From contig OZ176058.1 of assembly GCA_964247055.1 (NCBI GenBank), positions 3,968,001-4,032,000 of the forward strand: a stretch of DNA of 64,000 bases. The letters run 5' to 3'. The notes beneath the pieces were generated by a model. The model saw only the letters and a list, made by a program, of their open reading frames with translations. It was not told where the DNA came from and ran no database searches. Source of the DNA: Paragordius varius (lineage: Eukaryota > Animalia > Nematomorpha). Each line of letters begins with the position of its first letter. Position 1 is the stretch's first letter. The translations under genes and the position numbers were made by a program. Positions 27,571 to 42,200 of the stretch are shown here, in pieces.

Positions 27571-30500
27571 CAATCATACATTTTAGACAATCAAATAATT
27601 TCTCCAACAATCAAAATATGTTGCCCAATAGTTTTTTAGTGTTTCCAACAATTAAATAATTTTTTCAACAATCAAATTATGTTGTCTTTTAACTTTTTAG
27701 TGTTTTCAACAATCAAACATATATTTTCAACAATCAAATAATTTTCCAACAATAAATATGTTGCCCAATAGTTTTTTAGTGTTTCCAACAATTAAATAAT
27801 TTTTTCAACAATCAAATTATGTTGCCTTTTAACTTTTTAGTGTTTCCAACAATCAAACATATATTTTCAACAATCAAATAATTTTTCCAACAATCAAAAT
27901 ATGTTGCCCAATAGCTTTTTAGTATTTCCAACAATCAAACATATATTTTCAACAATCAAATCATTTTTCCAACAATCAAATTATGTTGAATAGCTTTTAG
28001 TGTTTCCAACAATCAAACATATATTTTCAAAATCAAATATTTTGCAACAATTAAATTATGTTTTTTAACTTTTTAGTGTTTCCAACAATCAAACATATCT
28101 TTTCAATAATCAAATAATTTTTCCAACAATCAAATTATGTTGTCTTTTAACTTTTTAGTGTTTCCAACAATCATACATATATTTTCAACAATCAAATAAT
28201 TTTTCCAACAATCAAAATATGTTGCCCAGCTTTTTAGTATTTCCAACAATCAAACATATATTTTCAACGATCCAATAATTTTTCCAACAATCAAAATATG
28301 TTTTCTTTTAACTTTTTAGTGTTTCCAACAATCAAACATATATTTTCAACAATCAAATAATTATTTTAACAATCAAAATATGTTGCCCAATAGCTTTTTA
28401 GTATTTCCAACAATCAAATAATTTTTCCAACAATCGAAATATGTTTTCTTTTAACTTTTTAGTGTTTCCAACAATCAAACATATATTTTCAACAATCAAA
28501 TAATTTTTACAACAATCAAAATATGTTGCCCAATAGTCTTTTAGTGTTTCCAACAATTAAATAATTTTTTCAACAATCAAATTATGTTGTCTTTTAACTT
28601 TTTAGTGTTTCCAACAATGAAACATATATTTTCAACAATCAAACATATTTTTTCGACAATCAAATAATTTTTCAAACAATCATAATATGTTGCCTAACAG
28701 CTTTTTAATCTTTCCAACAATCAAGCATATATTTTCAACAATCATATAATTTATTCAACAATCAAATTATGTTGTCTTTTAACTATTTATTGTTTCCAAC
28801 AATCAAACATATATTTTCAACAATCAAATAATTTTAACAATCAAAATATGTTTTCTTTTAACTTTTTAGTGTTTCCAACAAGTAATCATATATTTTCAAC
28901 AATCATATTTATTCAACAATCAAATTTTGTTTTCTTTTAACTTTTTAGTGTTTCCAACAATCAATCATATATTTTTAACAATCTAATAATTTTTTTAACA
29001 ATCAAAATATGTTGACCAATAGCTTTTTAGTATTTCCAACAATCAAATAATTTTTCAACAATCAAATTATGTTGTCTTTTATCATTTTAGTGTTTCCAAC
29101 AATCAAACATATATTTTCAACAAACAAATATTTTTTCCAACAATCAAAATATGTTGCCCAATAGCTTTTTAGTATTTCCAACAATCAAACATATATTTTC
29201 AATAATCAAATAATTTTTCCAACAATCAAATTATGTTGTCTTTTAACTTTTTACTGTTTCCAACAATCAAACATATATTTTCAACAATCAAATAATTTTT
29301 CCAACAATCAAAATATGTTGCCCAATAGCTTTTTAGTATTTCCAACAATCAAACATATATTTTCAATAATCAAATAATAACAATCAAATTATGTTGTCTT
29401 TTAACTTTTTACTGTTTGTAACAATCAAACATATATTTCCAACAATCAAATAATTTTTCCAACAATCAAAATATGTTTTCTTTTAACTTTTTAGTGTTTC
29501 CAACAATTAAATAATTTTTCAACAATCAAATTATGTTGTCTTTTATCATTTTAGTGTTTCCAACAATCAAACATATATTTTCAACAAACAAATATTTTTT
29601 CCAACAATCAAAATATGTTGCCCAATAGCTTTTTAGTATTTCCAACAATCAAACATATATTTTCAATAATCAAATAATTTTTCCAACAATCAAATTATGT
29701 TGTCTTTTAACTTTTTACTGTTTCCAACAATCAAACATATATTTTCAACAATCAAATAATTTTTCCAACAATCAAAATATGTTGCCCAATAGCTTTTTAG
29801 CATTTCCAAAAATCAAACATATATTTTCAACAATCAAATAATTTTTCCAACAATCAAAATATGTTTTGTTTTAACTTTTTAGTGTTTCCAACAATCAAAC
29901 ATATATTTTCAACAATAAAATAATTTTTTTAACAATCAAAATATGTTGCCCAATAGCTTTTTAGTATTTCCAACAATCAAATAATTATTTTAACAATCAA
30001 AATATGTTGCCCAATAGCTTTTTAGTATTTCCAACAATCAAATAATTTTTCCAACAATCGAAATATGTTTTCTTTTAACTTTTTAGTGTTTCCAACAATC
30101 AAACATATATTTTCAACAATCAAATAATTTTTACAACAATCAAAATATGTTGCCCAATAGTCTTTTAGTGTTTCCAACAATTAAATAATTTTTTCAACAA
30201 TCAAATTATGTTGTCTTTTAACTTTTTAGTGTTTCCAACAATGAAACATATATTTTCAACAATCAAACATATTTTTTCGACAATCAAATAATTTTTCAAA
30301 CAATCATAATATGTTGCCTAATAGCTTTTTAATCTTTCCAACAATCAAGCATATATTTTCAACAATCATATAATTTATTCAACAATCAAATTATGTTGTC
30401 TTTTAACTATTTATTGTTTCCAACAATCAAACATATATTTTCAACAATCAAATAATTTTTCCAACAATCAAAATATGTTGCCCAATAGCTTTTTAGCATT

Positions 30501-33211
30501 TTCAAAAATCAAACATATATTTTCAACAATCAAATAATTTTTCCAACAATCAAAATATGTTTTGTTTTAACTTTTTAGTGTTTCCAACAATCAAACATAT
30601 ATTTTCAACAATAAAATAATTTTTTTAACAATCAAAATATGTTGCCCAATAGCTTTTTAGTATTTCCAACAATCAAATAATTTTTCCAACAATCAAATTA
30701 TGTTGTCTTTTAACTTATTAGTGTTTCCAACAATCAAACATATATTTTCAACAATCAAATAATTTTTCCAACAATCAAAATATGTTGCCCAGCTTTTTAG
30801 TATTTCCAACAATCAAACATATATTTTCAACGATCCAATAATTTTTCCAACAATCAAAATATGTTTTCTTTTAACTTTTTAGTGTTTCCAACAATCAAAC
30901 ATATATTTTCAACAATCAAATAATTTTTCCAACAATCAAAATATGATGCCCAGCTTTTTAGTATTTCCAACAATCAAACATATATTTTCAACGATCCAAT
31001 AATTTTTCCAACAATCAAAATATGTTTTCTTTTAACTTTTTAGTGTTTCCAACAATTAAACATATATTTTCAACAATCAAATAATTATTTTAACAATCAA
31101 AATATGTTGCCCAATAGCTTTTTAGTATTTCCAACAATCAAATAATTTTTCCAACAATCAAAATATGTTTTCTTTTAACGTATTAGTGTTTCCAACAATC
31201 AAACATATATTTTCAACAATCAAATAATTTTTACAACAATCAAAATATGTTGCCCAATAGTCTTTTAGTGTTTCCAACAATTAAATAATTTTTTCAACAA
31301 TCAAATTATGTTGTCTTTTAACTTTTTAGTGTTTCCAACAATGAAACATATATTTTCAACAATCAAACATATTTTTTCGACAATCAAATAATTTTTCAAA
31401 CAATCATAATATGTTGCCTAACAGCTTTTTAATCTTTCCAACAATCAAGCATATATTTTCAACAATCATATAATTTATTCAACAATCAAATTATGTTGTC
31501 TTTTAACTATTTATTGTTTCCAACAATCAAACATATATTTTCAACAATCAAATAATTTTAACAATCAAAATATGTTTTCTTTTAACTTTTTAGTGTTCCC
31601 AACAAGTAATCATATATTTTCAACAATCATATTTATTCAACAATCAAATTTTGTTTTCTTTTAACTTTTTAGTGTTTCCAACAATCAATCATATATTTTT
31701 AACAATCAAATAATTTTTTTAACAATCAAAATATGTTGACCAATAGCTTTTTAGTATTTCCAACAATCAAATAATTTTTCCAACAATCAAAATATGTTTT
31801 CTTTTAACTTTTTAGTGTTTCCAACAATTAAATAATTTTTCAACAATCAAATTATGTTGTCTTTTATCATTTTAGTGTTTCCAACAATCAAACATATATT
31901 TTCAACAAACAAATATTTTTTCCAACAATCAAAATATGTTGCCCAACAGCTTTTTAGTATTTCCTACAATCAAACATATATTTTCAATAATCAAATAATT
32001 TTTCCAACAATCAAATTATGTTGTCTTTTAACTTTTTACTGTTTCCAACAATCAAACATATATTTTCAACAATCAAATAATTTTTCCAACAATCAAAATA
32101 TGTTGCCCAATAGCTTTTTAGTATTTCCAACAATCAAACATATATTTTCAACAATCAAATAATTTTTCCAACAATCAAATTATGTTGTCTTTTAACTTTT
32201 TACTGTTTCCAACAATCAAACATATATTTCCAACAATCAAATAATTTTCCCAACAATCAAAATATGTTTTCTTTTAACTTTTTAGTGTTTCCAACAATTA
32301 AATAATTTTTCAACAATCAAATTATGTTGTCTTTTATCATTTTAATGTTTCCAACAATCAAACATATATTTTCAACAAACAAATATTTTTTCCAACAATC
32401 AAAATATGTTGCCCAATAGCTTTTTAGTATTTCCAACAATCAAACATATATTTTCAATAATCAAATAATTTTTCCAACAATCAAATTATGTTGTCTTTTA
32501 ACTTTTTACTGTTTCCAACAATCAAACATATATTTTCAACAATCAAATAATTTTTCCAACAATCAAAATATGTTGCCCAATAGCTTTTTAGTATTTCCAA
32601 AAATCAAACATATATTTTCAACAATCAAATAATTTTTCCAACAATCAAAATATGTTTTCTTTTAACTTTTTAGTGTTTCCAACAATCAAACATATATTTT
32701 CAACAATAAAATAATTTTTTTAATAATCAAAATATGTTGCCCAATAGCTTTTTAGTATTTCCAACAATCAAATAATTTTTCCAACAATCAAATTATGTTG
32801 TCTTTTAACTTATTAGTGTTTCCAACAATCAAACATATATTTTCAACAATCAAATAATTTTTTCAACAATCAAAATATGTTGCCCAATAGTTTTTAGTAT
32901 TTTCAACAATCAAACATATATTTTCAACAATCAAATAATTTTTCCAACAATCAAAATATGTTTTCTTTTAACTTTTTAGTGTTTCCAACAATCAAACATA
33001 TATTTTCAACAATCAATTAATTTTTCCAACAATCAAAATATGTTGCCCAATAGCTTTTTAGTATTTCCAACAATCAAACATATATTTTCAACGATCAAAT
33101 AATTTTTCCAACAATCAAAATATGTTTTCTTTTAACTTTTTAGTGTTTCCAACAATCAAACATATATTTTCAACAATCAAATAATCATTTTAACAATCAA
33201 AATATGTTGCC

Positions 33212-36200
33212 CAATAGCTTTTTAGTATTTCCAACAATCAAATAATTTTTCCAACAATCAAAATATGTTTTCTTTAAATTTTTTAGTGTTTCCAACAATC
33301 AAACATATATTTTCAACAATCAAATAATTTTTACAACAATCAAAATATGTCCAATAGTTTTTTAGTGTTTCCAACAATTAAATAATTTTTTCAACAATCA
33401 AATTATGTTGTCTTTTAACTTTTTAGTGTTTCCAACAATGAAACATATATTTTCAACAATCAAACATATTTTTTCGACAATCAAATAATTTATCAAACAA
33501 TCATAATATGTTGCCTAACAGCTTTTTAATCTTTCCAACAATCAAGCATATATTTTCAACAATCATATAATTTATTCAACAATCAAATTATGTTGTCTTT
33601 TAACTATTTATTGTTTCCAACAATCAAACATATATTTTCAACAATCAAATAATTTTAACAATCAAAATATGTTTTTTAACTTTTTAGTGTTTCCAACAAT
33701 CAATCATATATTTTCAACAATCATATTTATTCAACAATCAAATTTTGTTTTCTTTTAACTTTTTAGTGTTTCCCAAAATCAAACATATATTTTCAACAAT
33801 AAAATAATTTTTTTAACAATCAAAATATGTTGCCCAATAGCTTTTTAGTATTTCCAACAATCAAATAATTTTTCCAACAATCAAAATATGTTTTCTTTTA
33901 ACTTTTTAATGTTTCCAACAATCAAACATATATTTTCAACAATCAAATAATTTTTCCAACAATCAAAATATGTTGCCCAATAGTTTTTTAGTGTTTCCAA
34001 AAATTAAATAATTTTTTCAACAATCAAATTATGTTGTCTTTTAACTTTTTAGTGTTTCCAACAATCAAACATATATTTTCAACAATCAAACATATTTTTT
34101 CGACAATCAAATAATTTTTCAAACAATCATAATATGTTGCCCAACAGCTTTTTAGTTTTCCAACAATCAAACATATATTTTCAACAATCATATAATTTAT
34201 TCAACAATCAAATTATGTTGTCTTTTAACTATTTATTGTTTCCAACAATCAAACATATATTATCAACAATCAAATAATTTTAACAATCAAAATATGTTTT
34301 CTTTTAACTTTTTAGTGTTTCCAACAATCAAAATATTTTCAACAATCAAATAATTTTTTTAACAATCAAAATATGTTGCCCAATAGCTTTTTAATATTTC
34401 CAACAATCAAATAATTTTTCCAACAATCAAAATATGTTTTCTTTTAACTTTTTAATGTTTCCAACAATCAAACATATATTTTCAACAATCAAATAATTTT
34501 TCCAACAATCAAAATATGTTGCCGAATAGTTTTTTAGTGTTTCCAAAAATTAAATAATTTTTTCAACAATCAAATTATGTTGTCTTTTAACTTTTTAGTG
34601 TTTCCAACAATCAAACATATATTTTCAACAATCAAACATATTTTTTCGACAATCAAATAATTTTTCAAACAATCATAATATGTTGCCCAACAGCTTTTTA
34701 GTTTTCCAACAATCAAACATATATTTTCAACAATCATATAATTTATTCAACAATCAAATTATGTTGTCTTTTAACTATTTATTGTTTCCAACAATCAAAC
34801 ATATATTATCAACAATCAAATAATTTTAACAATCAAAATATGTTTTCTTTTAACATTTTAGTGTTTCCAACAATGAATCATATATTTTTAACAATCATAT
34901 AATTTATTCAACAATCAAATTATGTTTTCTTTTAACTTTTTAGTGTTTCCAACAATCAATCATATATTTTTAACAATCAAATAATTTTTTTAACAATCAA
35001 AATATGTTGACCAATAGCTTTTTAGTATTTCCAACAATCAAATAATTTTTCCAACAATCAAAATATGTTTTGTTTTAACTTTTTAGTGTTTCCAACAATC
35101 AAACATATATTTTCAACAATCAAATAATTTTCCAACAATAAATATGTTGCCCAATAGTTTTTTAGTGTTTCCAACAATTAAATAATTTTTTCAATAATCA
35201 AATTATGTTGTCTTTTATCTTTTTAGTGTTTCCAACAATCAAACATATATTTTCAACAATCAAATAATTTTTCCAACAATCAAAATATGTTGCCCAATAG
35301 CTTTTTAGTATTTCCAACAATCAAACATATATTTTCAACAATCAAATGATTTTTCCAACAATCAAAATATGTTTTCTTTTAACTTTTTAGTGTTTCCAAC
35401 AATCAAACATATATTTTCAACAATCAAATAATTTTTACAACAATCAAAATATGTTGCCCAATAGTTTTTAGTCTTTACAACAATGAAACATATATTTTCA
35501 ACAATCAAATAATTTTTCAAACAATCAAAATATTGCCCAATAGCTTTTAGTGTTTCCAACAATCCTACATATATTTTCAACAATCGAATAATTTTTCAAA
35601 CAATCAAAATATGTTGCCCAATAGCTTTTTAGTATTTCCAACAATCAAACATATATTTTCAACAATCAAATAATTTTTCCAACAATCAAATTATGTTGTC
35701 TTTTAACTTTTTAGTGTTTCCAACAATCAATCATATATTTTCAACAATCAAATAATTTCTCCAACAATCAAAATATGATGCCCAATAGCTTTTTAGTGTT
35801 CCCAATTTCAAACAATCAAAATTTGATTTCTTTTAACTTTTTATCAAACATATATTTTCAACAATCAAATAATTTTTCCAACAATCAAAATATGTTGCCC
35901 AATTTTTTAGTATTTCCAACAATCAAACATATATTTTCAACAATCAAATAATTTTTCCAGCAATCAAAATATGTTGCTCAACACCTTTTAATATTTCCAA
36001 CAATCAAAGATATATTTGCACAATCAAATATTTTACAACAATTAAATGGTTTTATTTTTTTAGTGTTTCCAACAATCAAACATATATTTTCAACAATCCA
36101 ATAATTTTTCCAACAATCAAATTATGTTGTCTTTTAACTTTTTAGTGTTTCCAACAATCAATCATACATTTTCGACAATCAAATAATTTCTCCAACAATC

Positions 36201-39200
36201 AAAATATGTTACCCAATAGCTTTTTAGTATTTCCAACAATCAAATAATTTTTCCAACAATCAAAATATGTTTTCTTTAAATTTTTTAGTGTTTCCAACAA
36301 TCAAACATATATTTTCAACAATCAAATAATTTTTACAACAATCAAAATATGTCCAATAGTTTTTTAGTGTTTCCAACAATTAAATAATTTTTTCAACAAT
36401 CAAATTATGTTGTCTTTTAACTTTTTAGTGTTTCCAACAATGAAACATATATTTTCAACAATCAAACATATTTTTTCGACAATCAAATAATTTATCAAAC
36501 AATCATAATATGTTGCCTAACAGCTTTTTAATCTTTCCAACAATCAAAAATATATTTTCAACAATCATATAATTTATTCAACAATCAAATTATGTTGTCT
36601 TTTAACTATTTATTGTTTCCAACAATCAAACATATATTTTCAACAATCAAATAATTTTAACAATCAAAATATGTTTTTTAACTTTTTAGTGTTTCCAACA
36701 ATCAATCATATATTTTCAACAATCATATTTATTCAACAATCAAATTTTGTTTTCTTTTAACTTTTTAGTGTTTCCAAAAATCAAACATATATTTTCAACA
36801 ATAAAATAATTTTTTTAACAATCAAAATATGTTGCCCAATAGCTTTTTAGTATTTCCAACAATCAAATAATTTTTCCAACAATCAAAATATGTTTTCTTT
36901 TAACTTTTTAATGTTTCCAACAATCAAACATATATTTTCAACAATCAAATAATTTTTCCAACAATCAAAATATGTTGCCCAATAGTTTTTTAGTGTTTCC
37001 AAAAATTAAATAATTTTTTCAACAATCAAATTATGTTGTCTTTTAACTTTTTAGTGTTTCCAACAATCAAACATATATTTTCAACAATCAAACATATTTT
37101 TTCGACAATCAAATAATTTTTCAAACAATCATAATATGTTGCCCAACAGCTTTTTAGTTTTCCAACAATCAAACATATATTTTCAACAATCATATAATTT
37201 ATTCAACAATCAAATTATGTTGTCTTTTAACTATTTATTGTTTCCAACAATCAAACATATATTATCAACAATCAAATAATTTTAACAATCAAAATATGTT
37301 TTCTTTTAACTTTTTAGTGTTTCCAACAATCAAAAATATATTTTCAACAATCAAATAATTTTTTTAACAATCAAAATATGTTGCCCAATAGCTTTTTAAT
37401 ATTTCCAACAATCAAATAATTTTTCCAACAATCAAAATATGTTTTCTTTTAACTTTTTAATGTTTCCAACAATCAAACATATATTTTCAACAATCAAATA
37501 ATTTTTCCAACAATCAAAATATGTTGCCGAATAGTTTTTTAGTGTTTCCAAAAATTAAATAATTTTTTCAACAATCAAATTATGTTGTCTTTTAACTTTT
37601 TAGTGTTTCCAACAATCAAACATATATTTTCAACAATCAAACATATTTTTTCGACAATCAAATAATTTTTCAAACAATCATAATATGTTGCCCAACAGCT
37701 TTTTAGTTTTCCAACAATCAAACATATATTTTCAACAATCATATAATTTATTCAACAATCAAATTATGTTGTCTTTTAACTATTTAGTGTTTCTAACAAT
37801 CAAACATATATTATCAACAATCAAATAATTTTAACAATCAAAATATGTTTTCTTTTAACATTTTAGTGTTTCCAACAATGAATCATATATTTTTAACAAT
37901 CATATAATTTATTCAACAATGAAATTATGTTTTCTTTTAACTTTTTAGTGTTTCCAACAATCAATCATATATTTTTAACAATCAAATAATTTTTTTAACA
38001 ATCAAAATATGTTGACCAATAGCTTTTTAGTATTTCCAACAATCAAATAATTTTTCCAACAATCAAAATATGTTTTGTTTTAACTTTTTAGTGTTTCCAA
38101 CAATCAAACATATATTTTCAACAATCAAATAATTTTCCAACAATAAATATGTTGCCCAATAGTTTTTTAGTGTTTCCAACAATTAAATAATTTTTTCAAT
38201 AATCAAATTATGTTGTCTTTTATCTTTTTAGTGTTTCCAACAATCAAACATATATTTTCAACAATCAAATAATTTTTCCAACAATCAAAATATGTTGCCC
38301 AATAGCTTTTTAGTATTTCCAACAATCAAACATATATTTTCAACAATCAAATGATTTTTCCAACAATCAAAATATGTTTTCTTTTAACTTTTTAGTGTTT
38401 CCAACAATCAAACATATATTTTCAACAATCAAATAATTTTTACAACAATCAAAATATGTTGCCCAATAGTTTTTAGTCTTTACAACAATGAAACATATAT
38501 TTTCAACAATCAAATAATTTTTCAAACAATCAAAATATTGCCCAATAGCTTTTAGTGTTTCCAACAATCCTACATATATTTTCAACAATCGAATAATTTT
38601 TCAAACAATCAAAATATGTTGCCCAATAGCTTTTTAGTATTTCCAACAATCAAACATATATTTTCAACAATCAAATAATTTTTCCAACAATCAAATTATG
38701 TTGTCTTTTAACTTTTTAGTGTTTCCAACAATCAATCATATATTTTCAACAATCAAATAATTTCTCCAACAATCAAAATATGATGCCCAATAGCTTTTTA
38801 GTGTTCCCAATTTCAAACAATCAAAATTTGATTTCTTTTAACTTTTTATCAAACATATATTTTCAACAATCAAATAATTTTTCCAACAATCAAAATATGT
38901 TGCCCAATTTTTTAGTATTTCCAACAATCAAACATATATTTTCAACAATCAAATAATTTTTCCAGCAATCAAAATATGTTGCTCAATACCTTTTAATATT
39001 TCCAACAATCAAAGATATATTTGCACAATCAAATATTTTACAACAATTAAATGGTTTTATTTTTTTAGTGTTTCCAACAATCAAACATATATTTTCAACA
39101 ATCCAATAATTTTTCCAACAATCAAATTATGTTGTCTTTTAACTTTTTAGTGTTTCCAACAATCAATCATACATTTTCGACAATCAAATAATTTCTCCAA

Positions 39201-39221
39201 CAATCAAAATATGTTACCCAA
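33212..39221 (+). repeat. Near-identical tandem duplication of a ~3005-bp unit
   Basis: atatgtccaatagt 33349/36351 (3002); gttaccc 36208/39213 and ORFs 35362/38367 (3005); tttctttaaatttttt about 33270/36272. The junction falls in the shared ccaatag at about 36215. Confidence 0.9.
33880..34860 (+). repeat. Inner 546-bp duplication nested in the 3-kb unit
   Basis: ccaaaaattaaat 33997/34543 and cccaacagc about 34140/34686. The doubled arrangement recurs near 36900-37900, and related forms occur near 42800-43600 and 46400-47200. Confidence 0.8.
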
Positions 39222-42200
39222 TAGTTTTTTAGTTTTTCCAACAATTTAATAATTTTTTCAACAATCAAATTATGTTGTCTTTTAACTTTTTAGTGTTTCC
39301 AACAATCAAACATATATTTTCAACAATCAAATAATTTTGCAACAATCAATGTTGCCCAATAGCTTTTTAGTATTTCCAACAATCAAAGATATATTTACAA
39401 CAATCAAATAATTTTTCCAACAATCAAAATATGTTTTCTTTTAACTTTTTAGTGTTTCCAACAATCAAACATATATTTTCAACAATAAAATAATTTTTTT
39501 AACAATCAAAATATATTGCCCAATAGCTTTTTAGTATTTCCAACAATTAAATAATTTTTCAACAATCAAATTATGTTGTCTTTTATCATTTTAGTGTTTC
39601 CAACATTCAAACATATATTTTCAACAAACAAATATTTTTTCCAACAATCAAAATATGTTGCCCAATCGCTTTTTAGTATTTCCAACAATCAAACATATAT
39701 TTTCAATAATCAAATAATTTTTCCAACAATCAAATTATGTTGTCTTTTAACTTTTTACTGTTTCCAACAATCAAACATATATTTTCAACAATCAAATAAT
39801 TTTTCCAACAATCAAAATATGTTGCCCAATAGCTTTTTAGTATTTCCAAGAATCAAACATATATTTTCAACAATCAAATAATTTTTCCAACAATCAAAAT
39901 ATGTTTTCTTTTAACTTTTTAGTGTTTCCAACAATCAAACATATATTTTCAACAATAAAATAATTTTTTTAACAATCAAAATATGTTGCCCAATAGCTTT
40001 TTAGTATTTCCAACAATCAAATAATTTTTCCAACAATCAAATTATGTTGTCTTTTAACTTATTAGTGTTTCCAACAATCAAACATATATTTTCAACAATC
40101 AAATAATTTTTCCAACAATCAAAATATGTTGCCCAATAGCTTTTTAGTATTTCCAACAATCAAACATATATTTTCAACAATCAAATAATTTTTCCAACAA
40201 TCAAAATATGTTTTTTTTTACCTTTTTAGTGTTTCCAACAATCAAACATATATTTTCAACAATCAAAATATGTTGCCCAATAGCTTTTTAGTATTTCCAA
40301 CAATCAAACATATATTTTCAACGATCAAATAATTTTTCCAACAATCAAAATATGTTTTCTTTTAACTTTTTAGTGTTTCCAACAATCAAACATATATTTT
40401 CAACAATCAAATAATTATTTTAACAATCAAAATATGTTGCCCAATAGCTTTTTAGTATTTCCAACAATCAATTAATTTTTCCAACAATCAAAATATGTTT
40501 TCTTTTAACTTTTTAGTGTTTCCAACAATCAAACATATATTTTCAACAATCAAATAATTTATCAAACAATCATAATATGTTGCCTAACAGTTTTTTAATC
40601 TTTCCAACAATCAAGCATATATTTTCAACAATCATATAATTTATTCAACAATCAAATTATGTTGTCTTTTAACTATTTATTGTTTCCAACAATCAAACAT
40701 ATATTTTCAACAATCAAATTATGTTGTATTTAACTTTTTAGTGTTTCCAACAATCAATCATACATTTTCGACAATCAAATAATTTCTCCAACAATCAAAA
40801 TATGTTGCCCAATAGTTTTTTAGTGTTTCTAACAATTAAATAATTTTTTCAACAATCAAATTATGTTGTCTTTTAACTTTTTAGTGTTTTCAACAATCAA
40901 ACATATATTTTCAACAATCAAATAATTTTCCAACAATAAATATGTTGCCCAATAGTTTTTTAGTGTTTCCAACAATTAAATAATTTTTTCAACAATCAAA
41001 TTATGTTGTCTTTTAACTTTTTAGTGTTTCCAACAATCAAACATATATTTTCAACAATCAAATAATTTTTCCAACAATCAAAATATGTTGCCCAATAGCT
41101 TTTTAGTATTTCCAACAATCAAACATATATTTTCAATAATCAAATAATTTTTCCAACAATCAAATTATGTTGTCTTTTAACTTTTTAGTGTTTCCAACAA
41201 TCAATCATATATTTTAACATTCAAATTAATTTCTCCAACAATCAAAATATGATGCCCAATAGCTTTTTAGTGTTTCCGATTTCCAACAATCAAAATTTGA
41301 TTTCTTTTAACTTTTTAGTGTTTCCAACAATCAAACATATATTTTCAACAATCAAATAATTTTTCCAACAATCAAATTATGTTGTCTTTTAACTTTTTAG
41401 TGTTTCCAACAATCAATCATACATTTTCGACAATCAAATAATTTCTCCAACAATCAAAATATGTTGCCCAATAGTTTTTTAGTTTTTCCAACAATTAAAT
41501 AATTTTTTCAACAATCAAATTATTTTGTCTTTTAACTTTTTAGTGTTTCCAACAATCAAACATATATTTTCAACAATCAAATAATTTTGCAACAATCAAT
41601 GTTGCCCAATAGCTTTTTAGTATTTCCAACAATCAAAGATATATTTTCAACAATCAAATAATTTTTCCAACAATCAAAATATGTTTTCTTTTAACTTTTT
41701 AGTGTTTCCAACAATCAAACATATATTTTCAACAATAAAATAATTTTTTTAACAATCAAAATATGTTGCCCAATAGCTTTTTAGTATTTCCAACAATTAA
41801 ATAATTTTTCAACAATCAAATTATGTTGTCTTTTATCATTTTAGTGTTTCCAACATTCAAACATATATTTTCAACAAACAAATATTTTTTCCAACAATCA
41901 AAATATGTTGCCCAATAGCTTTTTAGTATTTCCAACAATCAAACATATATTTTCAATAATCAAATAATTTTTCCAACAATCAAATTATGTTGTCTTTTAA
42001 CTTTTTACTGTTTCCAACAATCAAACATATATTTTCAACAATCAAATAATTTTTCCAACAATCAAAATATGTTGCCCAATAGCTTTTTAGTATTTCCAAA
42101 AATCAAACATATATTTTCAACAATCAAATAATTTTTCCAACAATCAAAATATGTTTTCTTTTAACTTTTTAGTGTTTCCAACAATCAAACATATATTTTC

